Positions 58,007-64,000 of a DNA stretch of 64,000 nt are shown here, piece after piece. Numbering within the stretch: the first letter of the stretch is position 1; every line of letters begins with the position of its first letter. The stretch is from Planctomycetota bacterium (GTDB lineage Bacteria > Planctomycetota > JAJSAM01 > JAJVHW01). Location of the stretch: positions 1,088,001 through 1,152,000 of the forward strand of contig CBDFJG010000004.1 of the NCBI GenBank assembly GCA_965248445.1. Reading direction: 5' to 3'. The notes beneath the pieces are model-generated. The model did not search any database. It saw only the letters and a program-made list of their open reading frames with translations, and had not been told where the DNA came from. Both the position numbers and the translations under genes were made by a program.

Positions 58007-58890
58007 TCCGCACTGTCTTCACATTCGTTCTCCTGGCGGCGCTCTCCACGAGCGCCGTTGCTGCGGAACAGATCCGCCTGCGCGACGGCAGCGATGTCGT
58101 CGGTGTGATCGAGTCGCGCAAAGACGGCGTCCTCAAGGTGCGTACCGAGAAGGGCGTGGTGGCCGTGTCCGAAAAGGACGTGGTCGCCATCGCAAGGATC
58201 CCGGGCACGGCGGAGGAGGAGCGGAAGAAGGAGACCGTCGAGGCAAGCAGCCGCGCGAAGCCGAAGGAGAACGAGAAGACGGAGCGCGCGCGGGTCGTGC
58301 TCGAAGAGGACGACCCGCGCGCCGAGGCCGTCAACACACTGCTCGCGGCCCTCGTTCACGAGAAACACGAGACCCGCGCAGGCGCCGTCGAGATGATCGT
58401 CGAGCTGTGGCCAGAGTCCGCCTTTGCGCTGGATGTCGCCCTGGACCACGACAAGGAAAACGTGCGCAAGGCCGCCATCCGACTCCTGCGCGACGAGCGC
58501 CTCGGCGATCAGTCGGTCCGCCTGAAGCGTAAGCTCTCGGACTCCGCGCCGCGTGTCGTCATCGAAGCGCTGCGCGCGATCCGCTCGCTCGGGCTCCACC
58601 AATTCGAGATGGACGTCCTCAGGCTGCTCGACAGCAACGCCGAGTGGCTCGTTCGCCAGGACGCCGCACGCACCCTCGAGCGCATCGGCGGAGAACGCGC
58701 GTTCCCACTCGTGGTGGCGCTGTGGTCGGTCGAGCCCGACGAGCACCGCAAGCGGCGCTTCAAGCGCGTCATGCGCGAGATCGCCCGCTGCGACCTCGGG
58801 GACGACGCGAAGGCCTGGCAAGAGGCCGTGTCCGAGGTGTTCCTCGGCAAGCGCGACGTGCGCGACCCGGCCACGGCCGGCAAGCGCTGA
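58003..58890 (+). CDS. Secreted HEAT-repeat protein
   Basis: Signal peptide, I.L.DG..V.G.I, and L.D....VR..A...L repeats. Confidence 0.78.
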   Translation: MIRTVFTFVLLAALSTSAVAAEQIRLRDGSDVVGVIESRKDGVLKVRTEKGVVAVSEKDVVAIARIPGTAEEERKKETVEASSRAKPKENEKTERARVVLEEDDPRAEAVNTLLAALVHEKHETRAGAVEMIVELWPESAFALDVALDHDKENVRKAAIRLLRDERLGDQSVRLKRKLSDSAPRVVIEALRAIRSLGLHQFEMDVLRLLDSNAEWLVRQDAARTLERIGGERAFPLVVALWSVEPDEHRKRRFKRVMREIARCDLGDDAKAWQEAVSEVFLGKRDVRDPATAGKR

Positions 58891-58897
58891 GCGCCGC

Positions 58898-58967
58898 ACT
58901 TCGCGAACGGCCCGTACTTCGCAATCGCCCCGCTTCGCAAACGGCCCCTACTTTGCAAATGGACGGT
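58898..58967. repeat. Four imperfect 16-18-bp tandem units (A/G)CTT(C/T)GC(A/G)AA(C/T)GG.C
   Basis: Units start at 58898, 58916, 58932 and 58950. The last unit encodes the C-terminus of the VWA gene. Confidence 0.65.
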
Positions 58968-60309
58968 GCACGTGACGCCCGCCGTTCTGCTCCGCGAGGG
59001 CCGGCAGCAGGTCCAGCACCTCGTCCCCCAGAGACACGGTGTGCAGCCGGAGGCGGCGCGTGTTCAGCGCCGTGACCGCCTCGAGGATGCGCTCGGAGTC
59101 CTTGATCTTCCCCCGGTTCGGGATGCCGTCGGAGAGCAATACGATCTCGTCGAGGCGAACCGGCTCGTCGATCGCCTGGGAGCCGACGCCCGTCAGCCCG
59201 AACGCGCGCTCGAGCGAATCGTAGATGTTCGTGTACGACTTCGTCTCCTGATCCGGAAGGTAGCGCACGAGATCGAGCTTCGCTTGCGGCGACGCCGGCA
59301 GCGGCACGTCGCTGAACGACCAGACCTTCTCGTTGAACAGAATCACGCTGAACCGGCTTCGGCCGGGTAGGCCCTTCACCGCGGCGATCAACTCGGCCTG
59401 CGCGGTGTCGCGGCGCGGCCCCCACATGGACTGTGAGAAGTCGATCACGAACGCGTGGTCGCGCCCGCGCAGTGCGATCCCGAAGAACCGCGCGAACGTC
59501 GGGCGCACGACAGGTTCCCAGTCGTCAGCCGTCGGATCGGCGTCTCCCCCACCCTGGGGAGAAACGCTCGGCGGCGCATCCCCCTCGCGGTCCGGGAACT
59601 TGAACACCTCGCCGTTGTCCGCCCACCACGCTTCCCACTTCGCGGGATCGACGCCTCGATCCTGCCCCACCAGGCCTACGAGTGCCTCGCGGGACTCCGC
59701 GCGCACCGACACGTCCGGGTGCCTCAGATGACGCAGCAACACGGGGATGACGTCCAGGCGCCGGTTGTACGCGAGCCCGCGCACCGCGCCGCTGGCGACG
59801 GCCCAGTGCGGACCGGTGGTGAGCAGCGCGAGCACGTCGTCGACGCCAACCGCCCGCGGCAACCCGCCCAGGGCCTCCACAGCCAGCGCCGCGGCGCGCT
59901 CGTCGTCGTCGTACGCGATGCGGGCCAGGCGTCCGCGGAGGTGCGCGTGGTCCCCCTCCGCCCCGCGGCAAGCGCTCGCCAACCGCAGGGCCGTTTGGGG
60001 ATCTCGCTCCCGTGCGAGTGCCGCGACGACGGCGTCGTTAGCCGCATCCACGTGCAATCGCACCAGCGCGCGTGCCGCGCCGCCGCGATCCCGGCCGTTC
60101 TTGGCCTTGCCGAGGATCTTCACGAGCACTGGCAGGAGAGCCCGGCCGGCCGCACGCATCTCGTCGGTGGGGACGGACTCGAGAGCCGTCAGTCCCTCGG
60201 TCTCGTGACTGCGCTGACGGAGCAGTTTGAGCGCGTCCTGTGTGTCCGCCAGAGCGGGCGTGGTCAACCACAGCACCACGACGAGGGCGACTGCCAGCCG
60301 GCGGGACAT
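58948..60309 (-). CDS. Secreted HEAT-repeat + von Willebrand A domain protein
   Basis: HEAT repeats, FFGI, MIDAS DFSQSM, TNIYD.L..A, LLSDG.PN.G, LA.QNGG. Confidence 0.85.
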   Translation of the reverse strand: MSRRLAVALVVVLWLTTPALADTQDALKLLRQRSHETEGLTALESVPTDEMRAAGRALLPVLVKILGKAKNGRDRGGAARALVRLHVDAANDAVVAALARERDPQTALRLASACRGAEGDHAHLRGRLARIAYDDDERAAALAVEALGGLPRAVGVDDVLALLTTGPHWAVASGAVRGLAYNRRLDVIPVLLRHLRHPDVSVRAESREALVGLVGQDRGVDPAKWEAWWADNGEVFKFPDREGDAPPSVSPQGGGDADPTADDWEPVVRPTFARFFGIALRGRDHAFVIDFSQSMWGPRRDTAQAELIAAVKGLPGRSRFSVILFNEKVWSFSDVPLPASPQAKLDLVRYLPDQETKSYTNIYDSLERAFGLTGVGSQAIDEPVRLDEIVLLSDGIPNRGKIKDSERILEAVTALNTRRLRLHTVSLGDEVLDLLPALAEQNGGRHVHRPFAK

Positions 60310-60375
60310 GCCGAGAGACTACCCGGGTCCGCGTTCCCTGGCAGGCGCGGCGCGGACGGATACGATCTCCGCCCC

Positions 60376-61578
60376 ATGCCGGATGCCGAGCGCCCCGAAG
60401 ACGACGATCCCGCCGCCGACCTGTTCGGCGCGGACGGCGCTCTGGACATGAGCGTGGTCGGTCGGCGGCTGCGCACGCTGCACGAACTGCTGCGGAAGCA
60501 CGACGACTGCCTCGACCTGCGTGCGGATGTGGATCGGCTCACCGAGATGCTCGCCGGCGACGAGGGTCGCGCGATCCGCGAGGCGCCGACCGAGGACACG
60601 GCAGACGAGGCGATCCGCGTGTTCTCACGGGACGCGGTCCGTCAGCTCAAGAGCCTCTCGGACGACGAAGAACTGTCTCGCAAGAAGCGGCGGGCAGCCG
60701 CGGTCGGCGTGGCGCTCGCGGGCAGCCTCCTCGACACCCTCGGATTCCGCGGGCACGGCCTGGCAGACGTGCTGCTCCGCGTCACGCTCGAGGAAACGCA
60801 CGCCCATCAAGCACTCGTGCAGCGAGGAAGGGCCGAAGGCGGCCTCGACACCAAGGAGCTCGCAGCGTTCTGGTCGGAGTACCCCGCGGTGCGCAAGCGG
60901 TTCGAGCAGGCGTATCGACGCAACGTCGCGCGCGTTCTCGACGACATCGACCACGACGTGATGCCGGAGTCGGTCTCCATCGATCTTGCGATCCGGGGTG
61001 TCCACAAGCTGCTGCTGGCGAGCGCCGAGACACCGGCCAGCGAGCCGATCCCCGCCGACCGTGTCCGGCAGCTGCTGCTCGAGACGTTCGAGGACGACAT
61101 GCTGGACGGCGGCCGCGCGCTGGTTCTCTCTCGCTGGCAGTCGATCTCTGCTGAGACCGATCGCGACGAACGGTCCCGCCGCGCTGCCGCCCGGGCCGCG
61201 CTGATCGCCTCGTCACCCAGCCCGGGGAGCGAGGCCGTCTACTTCCAGGCCTACGCTCGGGCGGTGATCTCGGGCTTCTTCCACGTGCGCACACAGGAGG
61301 AAGCCGCGGCGGCACGGGGAGCGTTCGGCGACGACGGACTCCGAGCCGACGGCTTGCTCGCGTTCGGACGCCACCTGCGCGAAGCCGGTTGGCACCACGA
61401 CGTCTCACGGGTGCTGGAGGCGGCCTACGAGCTCTGGCCGTCTCACGACGGCGTCCGCGTCGCCCTCAAACTCGATGCCGAGCACCGCATGTCCGACGCA
61501 CGCGGTCACCGACTCGGCCCGCGGTACGAGGAGGGTGAGACCGCGGACGGCGAAGCCGGCACGCCCGACGACGACTGA
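60376..61578 (+). CDS. Hypothetical alpha-helical protein
   Basis: Long ORF with coding-like codon usage, divergent from the VWA gene. No motif recognised. Confidence 0.65.
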   Translation: MPDAERPEDDDPAADLFGADGALDMSVVGRRLRTLHELLRKHDDCLDLRADVDRLTEMLAGDEGRAIREAPTEDTADEAIRVFSRDAVRQLKSLSDDEELSRKKRRAAAVGVALAGSLLDTLGFRGHGLADVLLRVTLEETHAHQALVQRGRAEGGLDTKELAAFWSEYPAVRKRFEQAYRRNVARVLDDIDHDVMPESVSIDLAIRGVHKLLLASAETPASEPIPADRVRQLLLETFEDDMLDGGRALVLSRWQSISAETDRDERSRRAAARAALIASSPSPGSEAVYFQAYARAVISGFFHVRTQEEAAAARGAFGDDGLRADGLLAFGRHLREAGWHHDVSRVLEAAYELWPSHDGVRVALKLDAEHRMSDARGHRLGPRYEEGETADGEAGTPDDD

Positions 61579-61693
61579 TCGGGGGCTCTCCAGGGGCACC
61601 GCTGCCCGGAAGGGCCGGGCCGGGTAGGGTATCCGCCGTAGCCGAACCGATTCGGCCCGTCGTCCGGGCTCGGTGCGGTCGGGAGGGTGCCCG

Positions 61694-64000
61694 ATGCCGA
61701 AGCAGCGGCAGAAATCCAGTCCGGGGAAGATCCTGTTCGGACTCGGCTTCGTACTCCTGCTCGGCGTGATCGCGGCACTGTTCGCCGTGCTCGGCAGTGA
61801 TCCCGGTGAGGGCGAGGGGCTGTTCGGCGCGCCCGATCCCGCCGACGTCGCAGAGAACGGCGACGACGAGACCGACACGGACGAGGACGCGTCAGGGAAG
61901 AAACCGCGCCAGCCGGGGAAGAGCGCGAGCGGCACCGCCGATGCGGCCGTGGCCGCCGCCGTTCGCGGGGTGGTGCGGCTGTACCACAACCGCCTGCCGG
62001 TCGGGGGCCTGCAGCTCAGTCTGACGCGCACGATCGGCACCGGCGACGGCGCCGAGACGGAGACGCTCAGCGCGACCACCGGCACCGACGGCGTCTTCCG
62101 ATTCGACATGCTCGAGCCGAGCGGCGGCTACTCGCTGCGCGGAGAGCAGGAACCGTACGCGCCGCTCGACGTTCCGGGGATCGCGCTCACACCGACAGAG
62201 ACGACGGACCTCGGCACGCTCTGGCTCGCGATCCCCGTGGACATGCACGTCCTGGTGGTCACGACGCAGGGCGTTCCGGTCAAGGACGCGGTCGTGCACG
62301 CGTACGGCACGTCATCGAAACTGAAGGCCGCGACCGACCCAGCCGTCGTCACGCAGGCCGAGGCGATCGTGTCGGAGATCGCCCCCACGGCGGACGCGAC
62401 GACGACGGAGGACGGCACGGCCGTCATAAAGGGACTGCGGCCGGGCCGTTATCACGTCCGCGCGAGCGCCGACAGCTTCGGCATCGCCGCTCGCAAGAAC
62501 GTGCTGGTTGCGCCCGAGAAGAAGTCGCCTCCGATTCAGCTGATCCTGTTCCCAGGCCACCCGCTCGCGGGCACCGTGGTCGACGTGGAAGGGGCGCCCG
62601 TCGCCGGCGCGTCCGTCGTCGCCGCGCCCGTCCTGTTCGGCAGCGCGAAGTTCGACAAGGTCATCGTCGCAACCGACGAGAAGGGCGCGTACGCGATGAC
62701 CGGTCTCGCGCCGGGCCGCTACCAGATGTACCTCTCTCGTCCGGAGACGCCGGTCGTGCTCGGCCAGCAGATCGGCATCCCCGACACGAAGCGCTACGAC
62801 TTCCGCCTGCGGCCGACCGCGACGATCCTGGGGACCGTGACCGCCGAAGGCGGCGAGCCCATCGCCGACGCCGAGGTGCGATACGCAGCGCAAGGTGGCC
62901 GCGCCATCACCGCGCGAACCGGCGAGGACGGCGGATACCGCATCGAGAACGTGCCACCTGGTCCATCGCAGTACTTCCGGGTCAAGGCGGAGGGGTTCGT
63001 CCCGTTCCCCGACCCGAGCGCGCCCCAGCAAGGCTCCGGCGAATCCCTGCGCGAGGGCGGGGAGATCCGCCGGGACATCGAACTCCTGCGCGGTGCGACG
63101 GTGGTCGTGACCGTGACGACCGCGGCCGACGGAAAGCCGGTCGAGGGCGCCCGCGCGACGCTGCACATGGCGCAGATGTGGGGATCGGGCCAGGGCAACC
63201 AGTCCGCCTCGACGGACGCGAACGGCGTCGCCAACGTGACGGGTCTCCTGCCGGGTCCCTACATCCTCGAGGTGCAGTCGTCCGGGCACGTTCAGCCGGA
63301 TCTGCCGATCGACTTCCGCAACAGCCTGCGCAAGCCAAACGCAATGCCTCCGCGATGGCGCATCGACGTGCCGCGGGAGGGCCGGCTCGAGGTCGCGGTG
63401 CCGATGGTCGCCGGCGCAACCGTCAGCGGCACCGTCAAGACGAAGGACGGCGAGCCCGTCGTCGGCGTCGAGGTCACGGTCACCGGGGCGCGTCCCCTGG
63501 TGCCGGTGTTCACCGACGAGGCCGGCGCCTTCACCGTCGGATCGGTTCCCGCGCACAGACGTGCGACGGCCACGGCCAAGCCGAGCGACCTGCCGTCCGC
63601 GACCAGCGAGCCGTTCCTGGTCGAGGCCGGCAAGCCGGTGACCGAGATCGAGATCGAGCTCACCGCCGGCGGGACGATACGCGGCAAGGTGCGGTCGCAA
63701 GAAGGCGGCCCGCTGAGCGGCGCAGTCGTCCGCTTCCGCCCCGGGAAGCTGCAGGGCACCAACACGTGGCAGTTCAACCAGTTCAACAACGCCAAGATGT
63801 ACCCGGTCAAGGACGACGGCTCGTTCGAGATCACCGGAGTGACGCCCGGAAACGTCACGGTGCGGGCGGACGCGGAAGACCACCTGCCCGCCTGGGACAA
63901 CACCGTCGAGGTCATCCAGAATCAGGAGACCGGCGGCATCGACCTCATCCTGAAGACGAGCGTCAGGTTGTCCGGCCGCGTGGAGTCGCCGGACGGACGC
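61694..64000 (+). CDS. Large membrane-anchored protein with tandem carboxypeptidase-regulatory-like beta-sandwich repeats (truncated by window end)
   Basis: GGGAGG RBS and an N-terminal TM. Repeated G.V....G.PV.GA.V...TD..G.Y...GL.PG.Y units. The frame is open to the window end. Confidence 0.85.
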   Translation, partial: MPKQRQKSSPGKILFGLGFVLLLGVIAALFAVLGSDPGEGEGLFGAPDPADVAENGDDETDTDEDASGKKPRQPGKSASGTADAAVAAAVRGVVRLYHNRLPVGGLQLSLTRTIGTGDGAETETLSATTGTDGVFRFDMLEPSGGYSLRGEQEPYAPLDVPGIALTPTETTDLGTLWLAIPVDMHVLVVTTQGVPVKDAVVHAYGTSSKLKAATDPAVVTQAEAIVSEIAPTADATTTEDGTAVIKGLRPGRYHVRASADSFGIAARKNVLVAPEKKSPPIQLILFPGHPLAGTVVDVEGAPVAGASVVAAPVLFGSAKFDKVIVATDEKGAYAMTGLAPGRYQMYLSRPETPVVLGQQIGIPDTKRYDFRLRPTATILGTVTAEGGEPIADAEVRYAAQGGRAITARTGEDGGYRIENVPPGPSQYFRVKAEGFVPFPDPSAPQQGSGESLREGGEIRRDIELLRGATVVVTVTTAADGKPVEGARATLHMAQMWGSGQGNQSASTDANGVANVTGLLPGPYILEVQSSGHVQPDLPIDFRNSLRKPNAMPPRWRIDVPREGRLEVAVPMVAGATVSGTVKTKDGEPVVGVEVTVTGARPLVPVFTDEAGAFTVGSVPAHRRATATAKPSDLPSATSEPFLVEAGKPVTEIEIELTAGGTIRGKVRSQEGGPLSGAVVRFRPGKLQGTNTWQFNQFNNAKMYPVKDDGSFEITGVTPGNVTVRADAEDHLPAWDNTVEVIQNQETGGIDLILKTSVRLSGRVESPDGR

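Noticed and set aside
58898..58967. Mini CRISPR array
   Set aside because: Units are 16-18 bp, degenerate and have no spacers. There are no cas genes in the window.

Overview
High-GC bacterial DNA, most likely Planctomycetota (inferred from the gene families present). It has two parts. (1) About 1-27,340 is an integrative island at the 3' end of a tRNA-Phe(GAA). It has a tyrosine integrase, an excisionase, a short phage-like early operon with a CX5R phosphatase, and two XRE regulators. A long leftward cargo operon of envelope-targeted proteins follows: the CsgG-DUF4810-DUF799 lipoprotein triad, a membrane-anchored DUF4041/GIY-YIG nuclease (PD-lambda-1/SNIPE architecture), a chimeric prenyltransferase-repeat protein, a DUF4236 gene fused to an Rhs/YD core with a HExxH zincin-like tip, and an array of lipoprotein/secreted genes that may encode immunity. 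Two inverted copies of a single-ORF IS66 carry swapped 8-bp target duplications. This indicates that 48-6,889 was inverted, splitting a lipoprotein gene and an IS1380. (2) About 27,500-64,000 is mostly core genome: ribF, def, TPR protein, rpsT, comB, aminotransferase, GT9, two more prenyltransferase-repeat paralogs, SurA-like, mfd, rnc (with a long basic disordered extension), gltA, purH, prfB (programmed +1 frameshift), two mirror-image PilV/W/X+HEAT operons, HEAT-VWA, and a large repeat protein cut by the window edge. All family assignments come from motifs recognised by eye. No database searches were run.
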